NCBI GenBank assembly: GCA_002269645.1
Contig: NIVC01002400.1
Coordinates: 1 to 64,000, forward strand
Source of the DNA: Macrostomum lignano
Taxonomy: Eukaryota
Reading direction: 5' to 3'
Length of the DNA stretch: 64,000 nucleotides
Of this stretch, positions 1 through 36,649 are shown one piece after another (position 1 is the stretch's first letter; each line of letters starts with the position of its first letter). The position numbers were made by a program, and so were the translations under genes. Under the pieces are notes generated by a model. The model was not told the DNA's origin and searched no databases. It saw only the letters and a program-made list of their open reading frames with translations.

Positions 1-2367
1 TCCTGCTCATAGCTCACCAGCTGTTAATATTCCAACAATGAAATCCATTCCTAATTAAATAATCCTAAAGCTTTACTATTACTTGAATGTTTGCTTGTAA
101 TTGTAGCTATTATTATTATTAACTATTACTGCATGTTTGCTTTGTGAACCTCCAATTTTGACCCAATTGGTTTTCTTGAGTGCTAGGCCCTACTTACAAG
201 TTACATTGTAAGTTAAAGTTACAATGATCGAATATAAAAATTTTATGATTTTATAATGTGAGGCGTGAGCATTGAGTAATAAAGCTTTTATTATCTTTCA
301 GACTTATTACCATTTATATCCATTATCAAAACCTTCGTTTGTTCTAAGGAAAATGAATAATTTTATGATTTTAAATAGCGCATATAAATAGTAAAACAAA
401 TAGTAAAACAATAAAACAAAAACTGTAACTAAATTCCATATATTTCTACATGAAAATTATTACATTAAATACTGAGTAACAGATCAAAAGTTGTAATAAA
501 AAACAATAAAAAGTGCATTAAATAATTTTTAATTTTATTGGCGCTAATTTTAAATATAAAACTCTGTTTGATTCATTTACAAGCAATTTAACTTTCAAAA
601 TTATTGAATAAAAGAGGATATACTCGACCTTCAGACTTTTTTGGAATTACTAACTTTGGGTGGCTAAATAAAATCATGCTAAATGTCAAATTTTATCACA
701 GTTGATTGATGCATGCAACATCTGGTGTTACACCTATTTAGCTGAGATCTTCAATATCTACGAGTCAGAGACAGAACAGCTCTCAGAGGACTCTAGATCG
801 ATGAATCTCCAAGGACGAATGCAGTATAATAGAACGCAAAACTCAAAGATCACATTAATTCAAGTCGATTTCATGAAAAAATACGAGTATACTAACATGT
901 ACATGTACGAAAACAGGAAAAAATCTTTTTGCATCGCAGAATCAGTGCTGATCAAGAGCAGTCAAGATTACCATTACATGTACTTAAATTAAGCATGCAC
1001 AGAATGTTACTCTGTTGACGTATTCTATATAGTTGTGCAGTTAAAGTTTTGCAGTTAAAGATTGAACCACAAGGCCTTGCAGGGCTGAGCGCAATCGAAG
1101 GCAATTTTACAGGGAGAGGGAGACTCAGACTGGAGAGGGATATAGGGGAGAGATACAGAAAGAGGAGACAGTGAGGGAGACAGGGGAGAGGGAGGGGGAC
1201 AGGGAGAGGGTGAAACTGCATGGCTACTGGAGAATGAACTTTCAGACCGATTGCAATACTTCTCTCTTAGAGTGCTCATATACTCGCGCGTAATAGAGCA
1301 AGCTCATCACAGCTACCCGTTGTGCAGTTCTAGGCGGTAATGAGCTCATTAAAATGTACTTTAAGAGTGCTGGGTGTACTCAAAGTCTCTGAGAATCGAG
1401 ATTAGGGGGTATCGAATTTGGACGTCAATTTCTCTAGACCCAATTTCTCTGATATAATTCCCTAAACCAGGGTCGGCTGATATATTTAGCTAGGAGAGGG
1501 TACATGGAAGATGAGAAGAGAAGGGAGCAAAGATAGAGCGGAGAGAAGAGGAAGAGGCTAGGAGACGAGAGAGAGAGGAGGGGAGAGAAGAGACACAAAC
1601 CTTAAGTAGGCCAGATGGCTATTGTGAATTTTCAAAGGAGCCGAGGTCCGGATAGAGGGGCTTCGCGGGCCGCAGGTGGTCCCTGCTCTAAACGATGAAA
1701 GAAGTCCATAGAGCAACGTCGCAGAATAATAATTGGCCGTTATAATTTTCGTAAGAAAAAAAAACTGAACATAAACTTTTATTTATTGCAAGCTTTACAG
1801 ACAACAAAAATCAGACGCAAGCAAAATGCTAGACAAGATAATAACTGTAAAATAAAATGCATTAGAAATTAATCAGCAATAATAATAGCAACTCTCGTAA
1901 TAGCCATGCAATAGCTACATAAGAATCAGTTTATCAGTTGGTTTAATTTACAAAGATTTTATTATTCAACGAATGCTAAATACTGTAAAAGTACATATTG
2001 AAGTTTTCTTTTACTAAATTATAGTACAATATTGCATGGCCAAAGTGTATGTTCAGTATGATAACTACTGGTACAAATAATTTACGCGTGAAAATAACAC
2101 TTTATCGCTTGTTAATTACGTAAAATCGATAAGCAAGCAAAATCACTGATTCTAGAATAGCTAGGTGTCACTAAAATGAATTTTAGTACCTTTTTTATAA
2201 TACTATAATAAAAACTCAAGTTGAAACAACCGCCTCTGGCTCCTACCAACAGACTCATTAAATTAGCACCCAAATCCCACTGCGTGTGCATAGCGAGCAG
2301 GAGAGAAGGGATGGAGCCCCAGCCTCCAGCCAGACCGATAAACAGTTTCCATCTTGCCCACTTTGTA

Positions 2368-2835
2368 TCTGACTTTGACCTCTCTCCTTACTGCTCTCAT
2401 TGGCTGAGCTGGCCAGCCCCCTTAGACTAACTTTCATCCGTCTGACTTTGCTCTCTCCTTACTGCTCTCTCATTGGCTGAGCTAGATTGGGCCTGCCCTC
2501 TAGGCCGACTTTCGTCCTTCTGACTTTGACCTCTCTCCTTACTGCTCTCTCATTGGCTGAGCTAGATTGGGCCTGCCCTCTAGGCCGACTTTCGTCCTTC
2601 TGACTCTGACCTCTCTCCTTACTGCTCTCTCATTGGCTGAGCTAGATTGGGTCTGCCCTTTAAGCTGACTTTCGTCCTTCTGACTCTGACCTCTCTCCTT
2701 ACTGCTCTCTCATTGGCTGAGCTAGATTAGGCCTGCCCTCTAGGCCGACTTTCGTCCTTCTGACTCTGACCTCTCTCCTTACTGCTCTCTCTTTGACTGA
2801 GCTATATAGCGCCTGCCCCCCCCCCAGGCTGACTT
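2368..2835. repeat. 80-bp minisatellite, about 6 copies
   Basis: ACTGCTCTCT recurs at 2461, 2541, 2621, 2701 and 2781 (period 80); unit CTGACTTTGACCTCTCTCCTTACTGCTCTCTCATTGGCTGAGCTAGATTGGGCCTGCCCTCTAGGCCGACTTTCGTCCTT. Confidence 0.9.
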
Positions 2836-3075
2836 TTGTTCGTCTTGCGTTCACTTGTGTACATATGAGTTAATGCTTGTTGTTCATTCTAAACCCTATA
2901 TGCTTTCCGAGGCCGCAAACCCTTAGGAAGTAAAGGAAATTTTAGCTGCCACATTAAATTTAAGTCACGCTGCGCAGACAAACTACTGAAAAAAGATAAA
3001 GTCTACCTTTTCAAAACTTTAATAGAGTGACATGTCTAGTTATTTTAGTATCTGCGAATCAAACCAAGCAAAAAG

Positions 3076-6000
3076 TCAAAGTGCATTGAGCCGATCAGCC
3101 AATCTAGCCAGCGATCGAGCCACTTCTCTATCCGCCGATTTCAAAGCCTGCAACCCGGCGCGGCTTTGGCCCTCCCGACTAACGACTTCATCGATTCGTT
3201 CCGCGGCCTCGCGCTCTTTCGCAATGGCCGAGGTTAGGCGGGCCTGGACGGATGATAAGCCTTCGCGCAGCTGCCCAGCTGGACCAGCGGCACCGGTTGT
3301 GGAATTTTCCGCCGCCGCAGCCGCGGTTGCTAAGGTCTCCAGCGCCGATAATTGGGCTTTGACTTCGCCGGCTAACAGACGGAGTCGGGCTTCGCGTGGC
3401 CCGGCTTCGGCGTTCATGGCTTCTACGGACTCGTTCACTTGAGCCAGCACCTGCGGGTGTTGGGTTTTCCGAATGTTAAAGGGGTTGATGGGGCGATTCT
3501 CTCTGGGGTTGATGGGGAGATTCTCTCTGGGGTTGATGGGGAGATTCTCTCTAGGGTTGATGGGGGGATTCTCTCTGGGGTTGATGGGGCGATTCTCTCT
3601 GAGATTGGTGGAGGGGCGATTCTCTCTGCGGTTGGTGGAGGGGCGATTCTCTCTGCGGTTGGTGGGACGGTTCTCTCTGGGATCGGTGGAGGGGCGATTC
3701 TCTCTGGGGTTGATGGGGCGATTCTCTCTGAGGTTGGTGGTGGGACGATTCTCTCTGAGGTTGGTGGGGCGATTCTCTCTGCGGTTGGTGGGGCGATTCT
3801 CTCTGCGGTTGGTAGGGCGATTCTCTCTGAGATTGGTGGAGGGGCGATTCTCTCTGCGGTTGGTGGGGCGATTCTCTCTGAGGTTGGTGGTGGGGCGATT
3901 CTCTCTGGGGTTGATGGGGCGATTCTCTCTGAGGTTGGTGGAGGGGCGATTCTCTCTGGGGTTGATGGGGCGATTCTCTCTGAGGTTGGTGGTGGGGCGA
4001 TTCTCTCTGGGGTTGGTGGTGGGGCGATTCTCTCTGAGGTTGGTGGGGCGATTTTCTCTGGGGTTTGATGGGGCGATTCTCTGCGGTTGGTGGGGCGATT
4101 CTCTCTGCGGTTGGTGGGGTGATTCTCTCTGCGGTTGGTGGGGCGATTCTCTCTGCGGTTGGTGGGGTGATTCTCTCTGGGGTTGGTGGAGCGATTCTCT
4201 CTGGGATTGGTGGGCGATTCTCTCTGAGATTGATGGGGCGATTCTCTCTGCGGTTGGTGGGGCGATTCTCTGCGGTTGGTGGGGCGATTCTCTCTGCGGT
4301 TGGTGGGGCGATTCTCTCTGCGGTTGGTGGGGCGATTCTCTCTGGGGTTGGTGGGGCGATTCTCTGCGGTTGGTGGGGCGATTCTCTCTGGGGTTGATGG
4401 GGCGATTCTCTCTGAGATTGGTGGAGGGGCGATTCTCTCTGCGGTTGGTGGAGGGGCGATTCTCTCTGCGGTTGGTGGGACGGTTCTCTCTGGGATCGGT
4501 GGAGGGGCGATTCTCTCTGGGGTTGATGGGGCGATTCTCTCTGAGGTTGATGGGGCGATTCTCTCTGGGGATGGTGGGGAGATTCTCTCTGAGATTGGTG
4601 GGGCGATTCTCTCTGGGGTTGGTAGGGCGATTCTCTCAGGTTGGTGGGGCGAAATGGGGAGATTCTTTTCCAGGTAGATTGAAGGGCAAATCAATTATTT
4701 ATAAAATTGGATAATTTTTTTTCGATTTCAAGAAACTTCAAATGACCGCAGATAAAAAGACTGAAACCCACCTGTCTGTGCCGATCGGCCTCATCAAACA
4801 GAGCCGGCAATTCAGACACTCGCAGCTGACTCTTCGCTGCCCGACCCTGACTTTTAACTTCTTCCAAACGTTTATAGCGAGCCTCTAGCAGCACTTTGCG
4901 CTGTTCGACGTCCTCTTCCATTTTCGATTTCAAATGGAACAGGCCCTCGGGAGAGGCTACCGCCTGTTCTGCTAGCTTGGCCTTCCGAGCTCGCATAGAC
5001 TTGGCAATGGCCTCCTGTCCGACCACCTCCTGGTCTTGGGCCTCGCGACGGCACACCAGCTCTTCAACTGCGTGCTGCTCAGCGCTGAGCTCGTTCTCGC
5101 GGGAGCGGAGCTGCCGGGGTAGGCGAGGATTGAGTTGAATTTTGTTGATGGTTTGTTAAATTGTTTCACAAACGGATTCTTTAAAAGTACATTTTTCTAA
5201 AGAAGCATACCAACCATCATCACTGACTCACTTTGGTTCGGGTTGATTCCACCTGACGAGTGAGGCTGGCAGCTTGGCTTGCTGCGCTTTCAAATTCGGC
5301 CACTTGGCGTTGGTTGGCAGCGGCCTCGCGCAGAGAGCCTGGCCAGGTGCAAAACAGTTGTTTAAAATGTACTACTATTCAGTTTAGAACAATGAGTAGC
5401 ATAAATTTAATTTGAGCGAATATTTTCCATTTGTTACACAGACAAATACATAAACTCAAACCAGCAGGAACTCAAACCAGCTGGAACTCAAACCAGTTGG
5501 AACTCAAACCAGTTGGAACTCAAACCAGTTGGAACTCAAACCAGTTGGAACTCAAACCAGTTGGAACTCAAACCAGCTGGAACTCAAACCAGCTGGAACT
5601 CAAACCAATTGGAACTCAAACCAGCTAGAACTCAAACCCATTTTAACTCAAACCAGTTGGAACTCAAACCAGATGGCTGGAACTCAAACCAGCTGGAACT
5701 CGAACCCATTTTAACTCAAACCAACTGGAACTCAAACCAGCTGGAACTCAAACCAGCTGGAAGTCAAACCAGCTGGAACTCAAACCAGCTGGAACTCAAA
5801 CTAGCTGGAACTCAAACCAGCTGGAACTCAAACCAGCTGGAACTCAAACTAGCTGGAACTCAAACCAGCTGGAACTCAAACCAGCTGAAACTCAAACCCA
5901 TTTTAACTCAAACCAGCTGGAACTCAAACCAGCTGGAACTCAAACTAGCTGGAACTCAAACCAGCTGGAACTTAAACCAGCTGGAACTCAAACCAGCTGG

Positions 6001-6672
6001 AACTTAAACCAGCTGGAACTCAAACCAGCTGGAACTCAAACCAGCTGGAACTCAAACCAGTTGGAACTCAAACCAGCTGGAACTCAAACCAGCTGGAACT
6101 CAAACCAGTTGGAACTCAAACCAGCTGGAACTTAAACCCATTTTAACTCAAAACTGCTGGAACTCATTGACTACAGTATAATATTATAATTAAATATTTA
6201 TAACATTCATAAACTCTACCTTTTCTCGATCAGTCAAAGCTTGAATTTCCGAATTCACCTTGTCCAGCTGAGTTTTGGTACACTTCTGATAATAAACGAG
6301 CAAATTAACCAATCCACTGAGCACATCAAGCAGGCGCTTAGTTCGATCGGGAGCCAGCTGACTGCAGATGTCAGATATAGTTATAGGACAGTTCACGTTG
6401 GCAGCCTTCAACAAGCTGGGCAAAGCAAAGGACAGCAGAGCAACTTGTTTATCTTGATTGGAAGTCGGTGCATAGCCACCAGGCGATTGCTGCTCCTGAT
6501 CTTCGGATGACACACTGATGCCAGTTAAACGGTACACCAACATAACAAACACCTGCTGAGTTGTCTCCGTTGACAACAACTCATGCTCATCAACTATTTC
6601 TGTGCCAAGATAGACATTCAAGTGTTGAACAAGGCTATCAGCAGACAATGGCGGATATTTGTGAACTGACAT
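3076..6672 (-). CDS. NUF2: Kinetochore protein Nuf2-like (Ndc80 complex), 4 exons, about 420 aa
   Basis: Exons 6672-6220, about 5338/5324-5232, 5110-4772 and 3450-3076, with GT/AG ends. The N-terminus (YPPLS...ISDICSQLAPDRTKRLLDVLSGLVNLLVYY) resembles the Nuf2 CH domain (D..P...RT.R.LSG.IN.), followed by long coiled coil. Exons 2-3-4 join in phase 0; the exon 1-2 junction phase is unresolved. Confidence 0.72.
3481..4670. repeat. 24/27-bp G-rich minisatellite (GGGGCGATTCTCTCTGCGGTTGGT) filling NUF2-like intron 3
   Basis: Directly visible tandem units with variants; accounts for ORFs 3435-4694, 3439-4068 and 3473-4714. Confidence 0.95.
5453..6166. repeat. 16-bp minisatellite (GGAACTCAAACCAGCT), about 44 copies, NUF2-like intron 1
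   Basis: Directly visible; the unit junction forms the palindrome CCAGCTGG. Confidence 0.95.
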
Positions 6673-8353
6673 TTTACTTCGCTGTATATTAATTTATGAC
6701 TGAAATGTTGCAAATTAGTTTCTATAGGCCAGCCTCAACCCTACCATTCACACTGCTGAGCCTATGCTCTAGAGCAAAAATTAGCAAACTGTGAAAAAAG
6801 CCTTGAAAAAATCTAGGGCTGAAATTTAAGATACCAAATCAATGTTGATATTGAGGTGGAAGGCCTTTTTATTTCAATAGATGGAATGGCAGTGAAGAGT
6901 TTGTGCTGCTCTGCATGTGTATTTATATAATTACAAACAGCGCTAGATTGAGGGGCCTAGGGAGATGCAAAAAGATGGCGTGGCATGATAGGCTATACCA
7001 ACCGCCTGGCTTAGCAAGCTGGCTAGCTTGGTGTGCACCCACCCCACCTCAGCTAGACAGAGGTTGGGGGTTTCCAGTGCATCTGCACTGGTGCTGCTAG
7101 TTGCATGCAGTCTGGCCACCACAATATATTATAACATTACTTGTCTCACATTAACCATGTTAAACATGTATATCATGCTAAAGGCACATAAGAGACCTTG
7201 AAAATAAATTTAATTTCATATAAATTTCTACCTACCTAACCTATAGTCCAGGTGGTAGCACAATTTGTACCAAAACATTTTTAGATAATCCAATATATGC
7301 TGCTTCTATATCCTAAACTATAAAACAACAAAAATGTATAGAAAAAAATTAGTATGTCCACTAAGGTAACAGACTATATTCAATTTTTAACTGAGTCATA
7401 AAAGCTTGTCACAATTTTAGGAAATGTTGTTAAAAGCAGCTTTTTTTCACTTATTGAGTCATTTTCTTAAATAGTAGCAAATAGATATATATGTATAATG
7501 CTTAATTTAAATTTAATTTACATGTAAAGAATTAGAATATAAAGTAAGTTGTATACTTTCCTCCAAATACTGACCTATTTTAGCAAGGCATCAAATTATA
7601 AGCAACTGATCTAGAGTATTTACCATAATCTGAATCATGCTAGGTATATGCCCAAACAAAATTTAAATAATTAAAAATGCATGCCAAAAAATTTTGTGCA
7701 CACCTATACTCTCAAATCTAGACTAATATTGTAACAATAAATGATTTTTTTTGTGTTGCTAAACTAAATGATATTTTTTGCATTGCATAAAAGACATTAT
7801 TTGGCTGATAATTTGGTTTATTATTTATCTTTCTTGCCTTTATTATTTATAATAGAAATTCAATATAAGCTAAAAAAACTTTAAATTTATACTTAAATAT
7901 GAACTTGTCAATCTTTTTCTACTTAACAATTAACACTAACCTTTTCCGGTGTAATTCTATAAGTGCATGCCAAGTGTGTATGTATACTATTTCTATTTTC
8001 TTAGGAGTCATATATGCCAACTGTGTATACCTAACTTTTGTTATATAAGGTCAATGCACGCCTAAATTTTTGGGCAAATATTAGGGGCCTATAATTATAT
8101 GATCTGGAGTATGGAACATTTACTTTGATTTAAATTTGAAATTATGCATATATCTTTACTAAGCTATACTAGACCCCTAGCCCTGCCCCTGGGTCTGTTT
8201 AATAAAATGACTAAACAAATCACTATTTAATTGATAAAAAGCATTGGAAAAAAATCAGACAGCACCTATCTGACAATCAATGGGTCACAAGTTCAAACTC
8301 TAGTCTGGCCTGGAGTCACTGGGTGCCTAGCCAGCCAGCAGTCGGGTCCTACA

Positions 8354-8845
8354 TAGGGATTGCAATCCTAGGATCCTGGGATCCCGAATCCCAGGACTAA
8401 TTTTTATTATTTTTACAAAAAATATTGCAATATAAACATAATTGGGCCCACAACTAGTTTATTACACTGCGCTAATTTCTGTTGATTGCCTCATGTTTAG
8501 TGGTGCCTTTTTAAACCCTACATCATAGATTTAAATGTGAAATCTATTCCAATATAAATTTTAATACATGATTTGCTTCTTTACTACTAATTAATACTTT
8601 TATACTACTTACTTAAATCCATCACAAGATAATACTGTTTTTTATCTACATATAGATCATTATCTCTATAAAAATAAAAAATGGAAGCAAAAATGTTTAG
8701 CACATATTTTGCCTTAGAATTTTAACTTAGAAGCTGAAAGATATGTAATTTTCTAATCTCGGGATTGAATACAAGGATTGGCCAAACTCTGGGATTGAAT
8801 CCCAGGATCCCAGGATCACAAAAAACTGGGATTTTGCAATCCCTA
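8354..8845. mobile_element. Probable non-autonomous hAT-type MITE, about 490 bp
   Basis: 12-bp perfect TIR TAGGGATTGCAA ... TTGCAATCCCTA; subterminal GGGATT/AATCCC repeats at both ends; 8-bp flanks GTCCTACA and GTCTGTCA match at 5/8 (decayed TSD?). Confidence 0.6.
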
Positions 8846-9194
8846 GTCTGTCACCATTTAGATACTAAAGTATAGATATAGATACCAAATAGATACCAAA
8901 GTGGGCTCTAGGCTGTCCCCAAAGAGACATAGCCTAGGCTTTGAAAGAAAGGCCTACTAGGCTAGGCTATATAATTAGGCCTAAAAATAAGAATGTCAAT
9001 AGAATAAAAAACAATATAGGCGGCTAGGCCTAATAAATATATAGGTATATTAAGGGCCTATTAATAGGTTCCTAGACACTTCGTCATCTCAATGACAAAG
9101 TGACCATGGTTTTTGGATGCTTTGTCATATCAAAAAAATGTTAGTAAATCTAGATGACGAAGTGACCAAATTTTGAGGACACTTTGCCATCCCA

Positions 9195-9565
9195 AGATTT
9201 AGCAACGTTGTAAAGCCGCTAGCCATCCAGCAGCAGGTAGAGCCGCCAGCCATCCAGCAGCAAGTAGAGCCGCCACCCGTCCAGCAGCAGGTAGAGCCGC
9301 CAGCTGTCCAGCAGCAGGTATAGCCGCCAGCCGCCCAGCAGTAGGTAGAGCCGCCAGCTGTCCAGCAGCAGGTAGAGCCGCCAGCTGTCCAGCAGCAGGT
9401 AGAGCCGCCAGCTGTCCAGCAGCAGGTAGAGCCGCCAGCTGTCCAGCAGCAGGTAGAGCCGCCAGCTGTCCAGCAGCAGGTAGAGCCACCAGCCGCCCAG
9501 CAGTAGGTAGAGCCGCCACCCATCCAGCAGCAGGTAGAGCCGCCAGCTGTCCAGCAGCAAGTAGA
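9195..9565. repeat. 27-bp in-frame repeat (CAGCAGCAGGTAGAGCCGCCAGCTGTC) upstream of the FLYWCH relic
   Basis: About 13 units; the + frame reads QQQVEPPAV repeats with a few TAG stops. Confidence 0.9.
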
Positions 9566-9699
9566 GCCAGTTGCAGAGCTTATCCTAGCTGAATTGTACA
9601 CTATTGATGCAGGCCCCTTTGAAGAGCCACAATGGCTGCAAGAGCATTAGCTTGACCCGCTAAGGCCTGAGCCCCATCAGTTTCTGACTGAGCCTCAAG

Positions 9700-10308
9700 G
9701 AGAGATGTTTCGCCGCATTACAAGTGCCACAAATAAGGGCAAGGATCTACTTCTTCAGGTGATTCAGGGCCGTGAGTATGTTCTTGGTTTTAATTAGGCC
9801 TACCAAAAAAATGGAAGGTGCTACTGGCGTTGCACTGTCACAATTCTAGATTTAAGTGTCTTGCCACAGCCACGGCTGTCGAGATTCAAGGCGAGTTTCA
9901 AAGTGGGCAATCGAACCACACCTGCGAAGCTAAGGTCCAAGAAGGGCAGAAACGGCAAATGTAATTGGAGGCCAGGCAGGTCCTGAGTCATGCGTGCTTG
10001 ATTTTGAAGCTGCTGTCTGGCAGTCACTGCGCTCCATTTTTCCTCGTGCTAAATTGCAGGGCTGCCTATTCCACTACTCCCAAGCAATTTTTCGCCGTGT
10101 ACAAGTACAACACATGGGCCTCCAGCGAGCCTCCAGCGAGACAATGCACTGGCGACTTCGGATGCCCTTTTCGGCACATACCTGCAAGAGTTCATGTGGC
10201 GCCGGGCCTTCCCGGACCATCAGTTTGGCAATATCCTATACTGGATTGGACACTATTACCCGTGCCAGTAGTGTAACACTGACAGACTTTTTTGATTGGA
10301 TTGCATAA
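9700..10308 (+). pseudogene. Degenerate Mutator-like (MULE) transposase relic with a FLYWCH zinc finger
   Basis: NKGKDLLLQVIQGREY...NGRCYWRC...NHTC (FLYWCH-like, with a stop and a frameshift), then LDFEAAVWQSLRSIFPRAKLQGCLFHYSQAIFRRVQ, the MULE DFE...GC.FH..QA motif. Confidence 0.8.
10140..10271 (+). mobile_element. Merlin/ISXO2-like (IS1595 family) transposase C-terminal fragment embedded in the MULE relic
   Basis: The frame at 10161-10271 reads DALFGTYLQEFMWRRAFPDHQFGNILYWIGHYYPCQ*, matching the YL.EF.WR C-terminal signature of Merlin transposases. Recognised from memory; no search run. Confidence 0.6.
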
Positions 10309-10857
10309 AAATGCGTAAAATAATTAAACGCGGGAATCTTCAGGATTGCCTCAGTGGATAGGTCTACACGGCTAGTAATGCTTAATAAATTGCTATGAAC
10401 ACATTTCTAGGCTTAGTTAATATCGAAAAGCTGGAATAAGCACATGCGTAGACGTACTTCAATAAAAAATTATGGTGGTAGAAAAATCAAGAATTAAAGT
10501 CACTCAGCTCAGTTATAACTGTTCATAGTGCGTGATTGTAATTACGTGAGTAAGCACGTTCTACATTAAAAAAACAAACTAGTGACGATAATTTACATAA
10601 AAACTTTTCGAGCAGCAAGGGTTTAAAAAAATTTGTCATGAAAGATATAAAACACTTTCGATGCCAGTAGCTAATATTTTAGGTAAAGTTTTGTTTTAAC
10701 AACTCGCGAAAACTAATGTCTTAAAATTCAAGTTGATCGAATGCCCGTCCGGCAATAAAAAGTAAACGAAGTGCAGTCAGGGCCTTAGTTATTATCATCA
10801 CTATGAAATTTTTTCACAGTTGAAAACACGATTTTAGATTAGTTGTTCTTAGTCAGC

Positions 10858-36287
<25,430 letters not shown>

Positions 36288-36649
36288 GGAGTTGATTTTT
36301 CAAAGAATAATCATTAAATACAAGGGAGGGTAAAGACAGCAGTAACCTACAGGTACAAAAGTAAGTATATGTTTCATAGTCGCAAAAGTCCTAGGTTTAG
36401 CTAAAGGGTTACAACTTCAAAGACTACTATATTTACATTGTAGCTACGATTATGCTTGCGAAATTCTGTTCTATTTTTAACCATTTTTTATATTCAAGTA
36501 AGCTCTGCTTTAATTTGATGTGAGATCACTTTTGCTACCCCGTGATTCGCGACCACAAGATGAACTCCTCTACAAAAAAACAAAGTGAAAATGTGAGACC
36601 AAGCTCAACTCCTTTGATACCTTGGAGCTGGTATTCCCCGGATTGGGAG

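Noticed and set aside
702-992. 96-aa ORF following a good acceptor (tcacag|)
   Set aside because: No recognisable domain and no partner exon in the window; may be a relic or belong to a gene outside it.
1460-1690. hAT-like terminal strings (CAGGGTCGGCT; GCGGGCCGCAGGTGGTCCCTG)
   Set aside because: No matched TIR pair or TSD could be established.
3435-4714. ORFs with ERIAPP / GGAILS repeats
   Set aside because: Open frames on both strands of an intronic minisatellite.
8265-8345. tRNA-like GGTCACAAGTTCAAACTC string
   Set aside because: Too degenerate; at most a SINE scrap.
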